From positions 1 through 24,986 of the IMG/VR virus record IMGVR_UViG_3300020470_000195: DNA of 24,986 bases; one strand, given 5' to 3'. Each line of letters starts with the position of its first letter. Within the stretch, counting starts at the first letter, position 1. The notes beneath the pieces were generated by a model. The model ran no database searches. It saw nothing but the letters and a program-made list of their open reading frames with translations, and was not told the origin of the DNA. Origin of the DNA: a virus (lineage: Duplodnaviria > Caudoviricetes). A program made the position numbers and the translations under genes. This document shows, piece by piece, positions 8,201 through 16,032 of this stretch.

Positions 8201-9823
8201 TGTATTAATTGGTGTTTCAAATACATGACCTAATTTATGTCGTATACCTGTTGCAGGGCTTTTTGTATTATTTTGTACATCTGAAATTGGAGTCCAACCT
8301 AATTCTGGAGCAAACACCATCATTTCTCGTGGACCGCCTTTATAGTCTACTCCATTAATATTAATACTACCGTAAGGGCCTGCATGTATATAAGAGGTAG
8401 ATGTAGTATGTAATGATTTAGAAGCTAAAGTATCCCCTCTATCCTTTCTACCTTCACAAACAACACTTACTGCATCGGAGTCAGAGCTTCGGGTTCCTGA
8501 ATCATTTGCGTCTGCACAAATTCTGCTTTTATCATCAATATAAATATCATATAAACCACCAATTTCTCCTTCACATAAAGCGTATGCGGTATATACATTA
8601 TTAGTTTTATTTTTATCTAAATCAACAAAAATAGGAAAACTATCAATTCTATTAACACCATATACTACTGGTAGACGACGAGCATCTAAATTAAACTTTA
8701 ATTCTATTTCACGTTCTACTTCTACTTCATACTCGATAGTCCTACCACTGCCAAAACCTAAAAAGCCGGATTTCTTAAACCTATACTTTGTTTCTGTTGC
8801 TTTATACTGTGATATTAAATTAAGTGCTTGTTCGGAGTGCGCAAATCCAAAATCATTTATATACTCTGGGCGAACAAGGGCTGCATAATCAGTTTCCCCC
8901 TGTCCATTAATTCCTCTATGTTCTGTATCTGAAGTTACACGTCCATTTACAGTTACAAAATCACCCCAATGACTTGTAAGACCCCAAGTAATTTCTGATA
9001 CTTTATTAGGATCTTCTTTTAGTTTTACATTGGCAATTATACCTTTAAAAATTAAAATTGGACCAGCTATATACGTGTCGTCATAACCTTGCTGAGTACT
9101 ATTAATTATCGGGGGAGCAGACCTTCCTATAATCTCTCCGGTAGTAGGATCTAATAATGCTTTATAAACATAGACCTCTCTATTTATATAATGGGCATAA
9201 CTAGACTCATCTTTACCGGCGAATAAACTGGAGTGCTCTTCCGTTTCTATTGTAAAAGTATAATTGGCGTTCGAACTGGCGGAAACTCCTCCTGATTCTA
9301 AAATAACGGTAACTGTTTTATTGGCATTTCTAAAGCCAGTAATAATTATATACTTACCATTATTACCATCATCTGAAGCAATTCTAATTTTATCTCCTTC
9401 AGAAAAGCCTGCTTCAATCCAACTCTCGCTAATTTCTACAGTAGCAGGGTTAGAATCATGAACAATAGTAGTACTAGCAGGGGCTACAGTTGAATTTAAT
9501 GCTACTGCATCTAGAGTTAAAGACATACTTGTAGCTTTTGCTTGAGTAGTCTCTCCAACTGACCCTACTTTAATTAATCTTTCTGCTACGTAAGTTCGGG
9601 AACCATTCCAGTCACCTACTGAATTCTGGCTTCCATCATCAAAGTCTACGTTATGTGACGCATCAGTCAAATAAGAGTAGTCTTGAAAAGCTTCTGCAAC
9701 TGCTCCCGTAACTGTTTTTATAGGTTTCTCAAATTTTACTAAATGAGCATATAAGAAAGGGTCTCCGCTTCTGAGTTTAGCGGAAACATCTGAATTTATC
9801 TGGCGTAGTACTTTTACTGTCAT
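2240..9823 (-). CDS. Baseplate hub / central tail fibre protein (T5 pb3-like N-terminal part fused to pb4-like fibre/spike modules), 2527 aa
   Basis: Follows Dit with an ATGA overlap. Hub-like motifs LPVVYG, AYALCEGEI, NPAMQLLDY...RYGKG, YSNGKYEL, RFGW...RISNL. FN3-like APGAPTNLAVS...ILSWTN. C-terminal G-x-V-I-(V/I)-x-x-x-(L/V)-S-A-x-x-L spike-like repeats. Confidence 0.85.
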   Translation of the reverse strand: MTVKVLRQINSDVSAKLRSGDPFLYAHLVKFEKPIKTVTGAVAEAFQDYSYLTDASHNVDFDDGSQNSVGDWNGSRTYVAERLIKVGSVGETTQAKATSMSLTLDAVALNSTVAPASTTIVHDSNPATVEISESWIEAGFSEGDKIRIASDDGNNGKYIIITGFRNANKTVTVILESGGVSASSNANYTFTIETEEHSSLFAGKDESSYAHYINREVYVYKALLDPTTGEIIGRSAPPIINSTQQGYDDTYIAGPILIFKGIIANVKLKEDPNKVSEITWGLTSHWGDFVTVNGRVTSDTEHRGINGQGETDYAALVRPEYINDFGFAHSEQALNLISQYKATETKYRFKKSGFLGFGSGRTIEYEVEVEREIELKFNLDARRLPVVYGVNRIDSFPIFVDLDKNKTNNVYTAYALCEGEIGGLYDIYIDDKSRICADANDSGTRSSDSDAVSVVCEGRKDRGDTLASKSLHTTSTSYIHAGPYGSININGVDYKGGPREMMVFAPELGWTPISDVQNNTKSPATGIRHKLGHVFETPINTKLIFHRGKPDQEADQTLVHKAAAGEFLVQDQYFDSDDKSNYWGPNHRLLDTAYVVCHFEITEEDLQIPELDFVVRGRILPCHNYDWSYREDPFPPTADPAHNNPTDFQLGESVTLHKTSGDAQIGSAITIADFHTYYDEDSDGSTTGDPPVSTDTGKHQIWRFASDPGLGTTTSFYMKGSTGKRWYFNTHEHKSITAASIVKNLTATVASYSGGTANGTKIVLNAGTGDQGEFVAKALEYADGLAPVFASSASDEARAKINYSFFVTSNSDGSKVNSSTLTIDNISNILPANGWNTTDIPSVRVPKAIVIPGGNTTENYYFGMIVKVTRTKEDGTRVIQKRLIVKSKNITYGSSSSAVVAIVSHDWDIDASGDFTLAPTSAAGLGGGTRVADKIDILTKPDNRITINPAMQLLDYITNKRYGKGLDLEKDIDLDSFKTVARLCDTRSDVSIIFPSNASISVGDVYRYDDDGDNTGNTVWQGTVSTISSNIGYSGGTYKEVTFTSCIGKLGHKWFDWKGYNPGDLLWEPFTGRFWINTETTFKTVTVPSSNGAFGQSITLYRVGSGSGASSLNPYVGSFASQGANASTGSVSFEGNPFIKSWSGTGFTVNGYSLYDADDVKYWRYLGWQSQNQREVTRHQACPVIDTNTTVFANINTLLAHFNGILRYSNGKYELDIQSSAVLEGFGANDTRIIRENDIVGAITVEDDGQKNSKNTVSVNFPDPQQDYGNRAVTYFNSNYLAEDRNIPKKQDIKTPHILNYFNARINAKQYLDQSRYGKKINFIMEPKGNLLLAGTIIQVSYPRFGWGSDDIPVVEFSTQGKTTTSTPHGFKVGDVVRYEDISIPQGHGSVGATAFNNSYFTVSEVVNSTSFKTNQADVATVAPASNITLGKVYKKGEYYRISNLNMREDCAVQVTAIEHNDESFLIKKRKSDIVGIEGPANPVLQAPGAPTNLAVSVDADNEKFILSWTNHSDCFKKDGTTWNTNFNTEIWNNYVGSFSGTSSIAPVSNITPWTGGATQIDEEGKRGWLDGIKNSSKSGGITKFEYTPMGSGDQPRYHWIRHVKEVNVQGPNGTSVRTVASPWHPVSGNGISGTVTKRREVGEVSIVSTNGVVVFYNNTVRTNPSGNLTFRVTPSNLASNKVWQYQYWISINKDGNAATKDYILSNNATASASNTSNQYKGVNHWDSSSSSNSQAYDDFTLHLDYEPKSPADNSTIGNLNGASVTLYVNVFELDNTNGVPANAEEIAKDKISLSAIDIGKPGYELDFNNATHTFYANNDGTADATDFGGCTPTIYRVTTEGSQALTYAPFTSNVADNTFSYGDTNNETTDQDPSGSAIQTDGITGTNCSPVLDTSNGKITLQADTNGIISGTTTPFYASVLLRILDNKQLKANRTGDDARIKFQTLNFTKIPDPIRAGATHIIDVGDTNTPVDLGTTEYDHWAATDNSGPRTTPNVATAKKIAAHIAAASPDGFIRPNDIVTVLKSGSESATRIYTGNAVAYAAGTTDNGMSSITATNWSTLVTQEFSGSVIVSETLSADALIANTTVTRGLEVQSSIKIGTTDGSGNQVSGQIHTPNKSAPGSFVASPDTDDGIFIGHVQKSGSSGNSGYYPVIDIGDGTNYFRYNAVDGFQLGGSMAVAAAGQTGESTAIIYMRATSTPTEPPDDQITVAAAVAAANTANNNQPSSWSVTVPAGSNQLYASFGRRAAHTSAQGSTTYWVWETAVQYDAVDGAAGQKSYVQYVYQRTTSGNNIDGQVPTNSNQTYADPVNGVASGSNWVTTNPGLQADGDKIWISQRRYTSDAAAPQDSGWSTAVIYSWRVDGQDSTAQGAAGTPGPGMFRISTGTDSTINEQSITTGLLASATGRGYAILGDHAIVVNSVNVTKAYRCILTTTSVNHYNTQNASGNVWQEATAFFGGDVIIDGGVSAQKLTIVSSEPAQNAGTQPRAAGIFMTGDKGTAKIEVKEWDSVNSTYKDRVKIGYLGS

Positions 9824-10875
9824 GACTCGGCTTCTTCTAATTTAAGGCTAATACTATATAAATTGTCCACATTTAAGGAGTACTTTTGTAATGCGGAAGG
9901 CATTATTACTCGTACTTTTGGGTCGTAAAAAACAAAACTATCGTTATCGTTAGGGGTACCACTGGCAGTAATGCTTTTTGTTAGACCGGGGGTGAATGTA
10001 ATTCTTACTTGATAATCTGCAGGACGTGCTAAGTTACTATCATAATGATCGTAAGTCTCTACTCTGGTAACCATATACGCTTTTGTATGATTGGTTGCTT
10101 TGGAGTCTTTTACAGTAAATAAATCACCAACGCTAGGTGCTCCATGCCCTCTCCAATTATAAGTTCTTTCATCATGTATTGTAATTGCAAAAGTAATATC
10201 AGCACTCGCCCCAATTAAATCTTTGTTAATAGTTATATTACTACTATTGGTATAACCGCTTCCTGGGTTTGCTATTTTAACTGTGGGAGTAACACCATTA
10301 CCCACAGTTGTAGTTACATCAAATGTTGCTCCAGTACCTCCACCTCCAGTACTAGCAACTCTGGTGTAAGTGCTCGCAGTAGTAAAATTAGCAGAACTAG
10401 GTGTATTTATCGCGTATACGGCTCCTGAGATTCCATCCCTTCTACCCTGAAGCAATAAACTTGTTGACCCCGCTGCTCCTTGAGTAGGGTTTGTATCTGG
10501 AAACAAATTTACATTATTTGCTGTAGCTGGATTAATAAAAGTACTAAAAGTACTATCTTGCGGAGTCCTATATTGTGGTAGAGATACATAAAAAGGGTGT
10601 ATTGCTCCATTACGTTGAAGTAAAAACGTATAAATAGGATTAAACTCTGCAAGAGTCATTTTATTATATTTGATATTAATATTCCACTTGTGTCCCGCTA
10701 TAGATCGTGCTGAAACTCTTTGAGAATTTGTTCTACTTATAAGAGTTTTCTGATCGGAAACAAGGTCGACAGAAGCATAACCAGGGCCTGTAGACCCTGT
10801 ACCAGAAGCTCCAGCGGTCGAAATAAGATTATTGGGATCAGGTAGCGTATCCTGATAACTAGTAAAAGCTGCCAC
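9820..10875 (-). CDS. Distal tail protein (Dit, T5 pb9-like) with inserted domain, 351 aa
   Basis: Lies between TMP and hub. LPDP...GPGYASV...SRTNSQRV...HKWNINIKYN...FYVSLPQY and C-terminal YSLNVDNLYSISLKLEEA are pb9-like. GTG start overlaps the TMP stop (TAGTG). Confidence 0.85.
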   Translation of the reverse strand: MAAFTSYQDTLPDPNNLISTAGASGTGSTGPGYASVDLVSDQKTLISRTNSQRVSARSIAGHKWNINIKYNKMTLAEFNPIYTFLLQRNGAIHPFYVSLPQYRTPQDSTFSTFINPATANNVNLFPDTNPTQGAAGSTSLLLQGRRDGISGAVYAINTPSSANFTTASTYTRVASTGGGGTGATFDVTTTVGNGVTPTVKIANPGSGYTNSSNITINKDLIGASADITFAITIHDERTYNWRGHGAPSVGDLFTVKDSKATNHTKAYMVTRVETYDHYDSNLARPADYQVRITFTPGLTKSITASGTPNDNDSFVFYDPKVRVIMPSALQKYSLNVDNLYSISLKLEEAES

Positions 10876-13800
10876 TATGCTCTCCTATATCCTGCGAATG
10901 GAGTACTATAAATACTTGTATCAATATTTTCTAGAAAAGGGTCTCCATATTCATTTGCGGCTGATCTTATCATGCCTATTATATTACCTTGTTGTTCTGT
11001 TAGTACTTCTTCCACTCCTACGGCATCAATAGTATTAATATTAAAGGTTACGTTATTTCCGCCTGCCATATTTTCAGTATCATCTGCAGGGACTATTCTT
11101 CCTGGTCTGTCTGGCATGAATAACTCAGGACCTTGCTCTCCGACTACATAACCGGCTGTTCCACCTGCCGCTCTATATCGTTTTCCTGCGAAAGCATTTT
11201 GGAAGTTTTCTGGACCTCCTATACCAGAGGCGCCTCTCATGTAAGCGAGCTCTCCAGCCGCTGATTGTGATTTAGCAAAATCTACACTATTCCTTCTCTT
11301 TCCTGCACTAACAGAGCCCGGTGCTTGTGGTGCTTGTGCTGCTCCACCATCGTACTGCATGCCAGAAATTAAAGAAATCTGCATTGCACCCATTGCAGCA
11401 GTTAGACCTGCCATTATAAAACTCCAAGGCGGAGGTAAACTAGAGAGTGCCATTGCTATACCAGCAGCGGTTGCCATTACAGCTTGGGCTAATTGTAATT
11501 TCTTCTGAGTTTCGAAAGCCTTTCGCTTCATCTGCTCTTTCTTTGCTTCTAATTCTTTTATTTTCGCTACACTTTTTGCGGATTGACCATCTCGTTTCTT
11601 TTCTGCCGCAATTTCTTTATCGATCGCAGCGATTGCAGCTTTTGATTTTGCAGCTTGCATTTGAGCGATTTGCCCAATCATTCCTGCAACTGCACCTAAA
11701 GCTTGACCTACGACTTTGGCTTTACCCTGTAAATCCATTGCGTCGAAAGCTTGGCCTAATGTTTTTATCTTACCATCGCTTTCATCAACCATCTTTTGGA
11801 GGTCGCCTGTTATTCCTTGAAAAGTGGTTGCAAATATATCGGTCATTGCAAAAGCGCCTTCACTTAACGAAGCCATTAATTCACCTTCAGGACCCATTTC
11901 TTTCATCTGATCCATCATAGGTTGTAACATATTACTCATAGCTTTTACTTTGTCGCCAAAATCCTGCTCACTAAATGCATTATTTTCATCAGCGAACGCA
12001 TTTTGCATACGCTCAAATGTAGTAGATCCTTGAGTAGTAGAAGCCATAAATGCATTTCGTACAGCTTCATCATCCTGAGTAGTACTTGAAGCACCGGTCA
12101 AATTAGCTATATGCGCGTCTGCTAACCCTCGCTGAACTTGTCCTTTAGTGGTTTGTATCAGTTTCTGTGCATCTTCCAATGCTTGAGTGGGTAAATCTAA
12201 AGATTTTGCTTGAGCAATAAGATAAGCATATTTTGCATCTAAAAGGGTATATTCAATCTCAACACCCATCATTTTAAGAGCAAATTCCTGATTAAGAGCC
12301 TTGATATTATCATCTCTCATTTTTGCGTTAATATCTCGCTCTTCTTTAGCAGTAAGTTGTGTTGTTTTCCTTCTCGGATCAGCAAACGCAGCTTCTTGCA
12401 TAGAAAGACGTAGTAGTTTTTCCTTAGCGGTTAATGACATCTGAGTTGCGGCGGCAGCTTTTTGCATAAGCCCTAAAGACTCCTTATCTGCAGCTGCTTG
12501 AGCTTGTGCGGTTTCCCATGTTTTTGTACTCAGATCTTTTTGTTCCGCTTTTATTGCATTTCTTTCTTCATCGATTTCTTTTAATCGAGTCGCTTTTTCT
12601 TCTTCCTGCTCAAGAATTTTAATCATGAACTCTTCTTTATCTAATTCTTCTATTTTTGAATTAACTAAGTTATCCTGCATTGTGTGGATACGCCCTAAAA
12701 TCTCAGGTGAAGCTTTTTGAAGATGTTGCACTTGTTTTAATTCATTTTTTTGTTGTTTTATAATCCCAGGAAGTTTAGTTAATCTATCTGCAGTGTCTCG
12801 TACTTGCTTTTTTAACTTATCAAAGGTTACAACAGGATCCTTAAGATCTTTGTCAAATCTTTTTAATACTTGTACAAGCGGGCTATCATTCTCGTTTCCA
12901 AGAGCGAGTCTCAGCTCCTCGGCTTCTGCAGTTAAATCCGTAGTTCCCGCTTTAGTCTGATTTAGAGCTTTATCTATACCGTCTATGCTATCAAGAATAT
13001 CATCATAAGGGCCTTTATTCTTTTCCGCAGATTTACCGAGATCTCCTAACAGTTTTTCAGCGGAAGCATTAGCGCTGTCTAAAAGGGATACTACTGTTTC
13101 TGATGAATCGGGAGGGTTTATAATACCATTAATGTTCTCCATTAAGGTTTCTGGCCCTAACGCTTGCATCTGCTTTAACTGATCATTTAATCTAGCTACG
13201 AATTTGTCAGGCATTTTATTTGCTTGAGCTGCAGCTATTGCGTTTTCTTGGAACTTTATAAAAGGCTCTACACTTACTTTGTTGACTTCTGCGTCTAACT
13301 TTTGTGTCTTCTCGGTTAAGTCTTCTACAGCACTTGCTGCTAATTTTCCAGGAATTCCAAATAATAATTTATTAAATATGGGATTCTCTGCCCAATAAGT
13401 TACTCGCTTCTGAGCCTCGGCTAGCTCCAGAAAAGCTGTTTTTAATTTATCTATATTTTCATTAATTTGTAATTGTCCGATTTCCTTCAGTCTATCTCTT
13501 AAGTCCGCTGAGGTTCCGGCAGTATTCCTTATAGTGGCTTCCCAAGTCTTCCACTTTGTATTTTCACCTTTTAAATCAATATCTTCTAAAACACCTTTCA
13601 AAGTATTAGCTGAGTCAGTTAAATGATCGAGGCTATCAATAATTTCATTTTGTTTTTTAACGGTTTCTCCGTCCCCGAACCACTCATCCCACTTACTAAC
13701 AACCAAACCTATGGCCATGCCTATTAAACCCAGCCATGGCAGAGCAACTAGAATTGCTGTCCCTAGTGCTCTGAAGGAGAGTGTTGCTCCATAAACAAAA

Positions 13801-15239
13801 GTTTTAAGAGTAGCGAAACTTACGGATGTAGCACCATTCATCACCGCAGTCATAGCAAGCTCTGCTTTATAGAATCTAATAGCAGAGACGATTCCCGTAT
13901 ATGCGCCTTTTAGATTCCATTTTGAAGCCGCATCAAGGGCAGAAGCAGCGGCAGAAGCTCTAGAAGCCTGGATCGAGGCCATCATAGTTACTTGTAATTG
14001 CGCTTGTGCATTTGTAACATTTTGTAAAGCTAGTTTTTTCTGATTTAGTGTTGCAGTATGGGTTCCGTCAGCGGCTTCAAGTGTAGTTAAATTAGCTGCA
14101 CGATCCGTAGCAGATTGATTTAAGGATTTTTGTGCAAGTTCCATTTCTTCGAAGGAAGCAGTACCATTTTTTATGCTATGGGATAGTTGATTGTATGCTT
14201 TGGGCAGGTCTCCAGTAGTAGCAATATTTTTTTGAGCCTCAAGTGCTGCTTGTGCTTGTGTTTGTGCAAATTCCTTAAAACCTTTGGCAGCACCTGTTAG
14301 ACCCGGCAAAAGGGTACTTCTAATAGTACTGGCAAATAGAAGAACTCCACCAATTAATCCCAGTTTGCTTTTTGAGAAAAATTGGGCAAGAGGTACAACA
14401 GCGTTATTTATAAAAGTAACAAATGATTTTAATAAATCGGAAAGAGCTGCAGCAAGCTGATCATATGGATTAACATCAATAGCTTCAGCAACCCCAGAGA
14501 AAGCTTCTGTACCTTCTTTAATAATTGCATTTAAAAAAGCTTGACGTTGTTGAAAATGTGTTAATTGGCTTGCAGTCGTACCTATCTGTGCCGCATAGTC
14601 TTCCGAAGCCTTATCCAAACGAACCATAATACCTAGTTCATCTAACAGTTCTGGTTCTAACTTTGCGGCACCACGTATCAAACGATTCAAAGCATCGGTC
14701 ATATCTCGACCAAGTGCTAAAGAGGCACCTTTTGCAACTTTACCTAACTCTGCTATTTGAGTTCCTGAGAAACCTGACGAAGTTGCAAGCGCAACAGAAG
14801 ACATTGCTTCTTGAGTAGAAACAGCCTCACCAGTAATCTCTCTTAATCTATCAGCAATATAAGGAAGGTTTCTACCAGCGACTTCTCCAGTATAGGCTAA
14901 ACCTGCTGCTAGTTGTTCTGCGGCTGCAGCTCTTTGTAAAACTCCAAATGCTGCTGTCAAAGCAAAAACGTTAGCGGCTAAAGTAGCATAAGCTCCTACT
15001 AAGCCCCCTCCGCCTACCATGCTTTGGTTCATTTTTGAGAAAGCTTTTGTGGAGTTCATGCCCGCTTGGGCTACTCCTTTATTTCCTTTACTCCATCTAT
15101 CCGCCGCTTTGGTAGCGCGGTCTGTGGAAGCAGCAGCATTATTAATAGCTCCTGCTGCAGAATCTGCATCTTTCGCCAGTATTCTCCATGAACCGTCTTT
15201 TTTAGCTTTGACGGTAAAGGTAATGCTATTTTCTGCCAC
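10875..15239 (-). CDS. Tape measure protein (T5 pb2-like), 1454 aa
   Basis: Long Ala-rich helical/coiled-coil protein. LVGAYATLAANVFAL and GASLALGRDMTDALNRLIRGAAKLEPELLDELGI segments are T5 pb2-like. Hydrophobic stretches present. C-terminal VGEQGPELFMP motif. GTG start. Confidence 0.93.
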   Translation of the reverse strand: MAENSITFTVKAKKDGSWRILAKDADSAAGAINNAAASTDRATKAADRWSKGNKGVAQAGMNSTKAFSKMNQSMVGGGGLVGAYATLAANVFALTAAFGVLQRAAAAEQLAAGLAYTGEVAGRNLPYIADRLREITGEAVSTQEAMSSVALATSSGFSGTQIAELGKVAKGASLALGRDMTDALNRLIRGAAKLEPELLDELGIMVRLDKASEDYAAQIGTTASQLTHFQQRQAFLNAIIKEGTEAFSGVAEAIDVNPYDQLAAALSDLLKSFVTFINNAVVPLAQFFSKSKLGLIGGVLLFASTIRSTLLPGLTGAAKGFKEFAQTQAQAALEAQKNIATTGDLPKAYNQLSHSIKNGTASFEEMELAQKSLNQSATDRAANLTTLEAADGTHTATLNQKKLALQNVTNAQAQLQVTMMASIQASRASAAASALDAASKWNLKGAYTGIVSAIRFYKAELAMTAVMNGATSVSFATLKTFVYGATLSFRALGTAILVALPWLGLIGMAIGLVVSKWDEWFGDGETVKKQNEIIDSLDHLTDSANTLKGVLEDIDLKGENTKWKTWEATIRNTAGTSADLRDRLKEIGQLQINENIDKLKTAFLELAEAQKRVTYWAENPIFNKLLFGIPGKLAASAVEDLTEKTQKLDAEVNKVSVEPFIKFQENAIAAAQANKMPDKFVARLNDQLKQMQALGPETLMENINGIINPPDSSETVVSLLDSANASAEKLLGDLGKSAEKNKGPYDDILDSIDGIDKALNQTKAGTTDLTAEAEELRLALGNENDSPLVQVLKRFDKDLKDPVVTFDKLKKQVRDTADRLTKLPGIIKQQKNELKQVQHLQKASPEILGRIHTMQDNLVNSKIEELDKEEFMIKILEQEEEKATRLKEIDEERNAIKAEQKDLSTKTWETAQAQAAADKESLGLMQKAAAATQMSLTAKEKLLRLSMQEAAFADPRRKTTQLTAKEERDINAKMRDDNIKALNQEFALKMMGVEIEYTLLDAKYAYLIAQAKSLDLPTQALEDAQKLIQTTKGQVQRGLADAHIANLTGASSTTQDDEAVRNAFMASTTQGSTTFERMQNAFADENNAFSEQDFGDKVKAMSNMLQPMMDQMKEMGPEGELMASLSEGAFAMTDIFATTFQGITGDLQKMVDESDGKIKTLGQAFDAMDLQGKAKVVGQALGAVAGMIGQIAQMQAAKSKAAIAAIDKEIAAEKKRDGQSAKSVAKIKELEAKKEQMKRKAFETQKKLQLAQAVMATAAGIAMALSSLPPPWSFIMAGLTAAMGAMQISLISGMQYDGGAAQAPQAPGSVSAGKRRNSVDFAKSQSAAGELAYMRGASGIGGPENFQNAFAGKRYRAAGGTAGYVVGEQGPELFMPDRPGRIVPADDTENMAGGNNVTFNINTIDAVGVEEVLTEQQGNIIGMIRSAANEYGDPFLENIDTSIYSTPFAGYRRA

Positions 15240-15558
15240 TATACTTTCTCTTTAGCTTTTCATGCTCCCTCTTCAAACGTTCTGAAGATTCTTTAATTGC
15301 TCGCTGATCCAACTGATGTAAAATATCTAGTACAAAAGAGGGGTCTTCAATACCATACACATCTAATAAAATAGGTAGATTTGTATAATCTTTCCCCACA
15401 TATCCTATATCAGGATACACTCTATCTCCTAAGTAATTGAAGATAACGGCTGCATCATTTACTTCTGCTGGAAAGTCCTCCCAATCTGGAGGCATTTCTT
15501 CAGGTTTAATCGGTTGTCCCATTTGTTCTTGCATTTCAAAATAACGCTCTCGCGTCAT
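15226..15558 (-). CDS. Tail assembly chaperone, second ORF (gpT-like, T5 p138 position); probably expressed as a frameshift fusion
   Basis: Directly upstream of TMP. Frame remains open upstream of the ATG to about 15633. No well-spaced SD before ATG 15558. Confidence 0.75.
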   Translation of the reverse strand: MTRERYFEMQEQMGQPIKPEEMPPDWEDFPAEVNDAAVIFNYLGDRVYPDIGYVGKDYTNLPILLDVYGIEDPSFVLDILHQLDQRAIKESSERLKREHEKLKRKYSGRK

Positions 15559-15565
15559 TCCAGAA

Positions 15566-16018
15566 TCAAGATTTTTGAACAGCTCCTCCAGCTTTTCTAG
15601 GCATAGGCTCCTTTGGCTTGTTACGAAAATTATCTAAGTCAAAGACTACCTCATTGAGCCATGTATCAAATTCTGTAGATGAACTAACTAAGACTTCTGC
15701 ATTTTCTTCTGAGTATTCCACTTCAGTATTTTTGTCTTTATCACCTATATCTATTAAAATTAAAGTTTCAAGATGTTCTAGAGTTAGTCCTTTCCAATTT
15801 TTTACACTGGCTTTTGTAAACAAAGTTACAAACTTATCCTCATCCAAAGTTTCTTCGATTTGTCGTGACTTTCGATTAAACTTAGAGGTTGTACATCTTT
15901 TTCTTAATCCTGTTAATTCTTTTCTGGAAAGGTTTGCAACCTCTACAGAAAAACCTTCTAGGCCGGAAAAATCAATCCACACTGATTTTGTATCGACCAC
16001 TAATTGTTTTAAATCCAT
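15566..16018 (-). CDS. Tail assembly chaperone (gpG-like, T5 p139 position), 150 aa
   Basis: Synteny between baseplate tube and TMP. VKNWKGL and FDTWLNEVVFDLDNFR motifs are typical of this chaperone class. AGGAG RBS upstream. Confidence 0.8.
   Translation of the reverse strand: MDLKQLVVDTKSVWIDFSGLEGFSVEVANLSRKELTGLRKRCTTSKFNRKSRQIEETLDEDKFVTLFTKASVKNWKGLTLEHLETLILIDIGDKDKNTEVEYSEENAEVLVSSSTEFDTWLNEVVFDLDNFRNKPKEPMPRKAGGAVQKS
15623..15631 (-). other. Candidate +1 programmed frameshift site AAU-UUU-CGU
   Basis: The downstream ORF is in the +1 frame. That frame opens just after a TAG at the GAC-TTA-GAT codons and runs without a stop into MTRERY. tRNA-Phe can re-pair UUU to UUC. Confidence 0.65.
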
Positions 16019-16032
16019 ACTACTTTATACTC

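Noticed and set aside
5545-9490. Peptide TVAPAS occurring in two hub insertions
   Set aside because: Codons differ, so it is not a DNA repeat, and a six-residue low-complexity match is uninformative.
15566-15640. Canonical -1 slippery site (X XXY YYZ) between the chaperone ORFs
   Set aside because: The downstream ORF is in the +1 frame, so a -1 shift would not reach it, and no such heptamer is present in the overlap.
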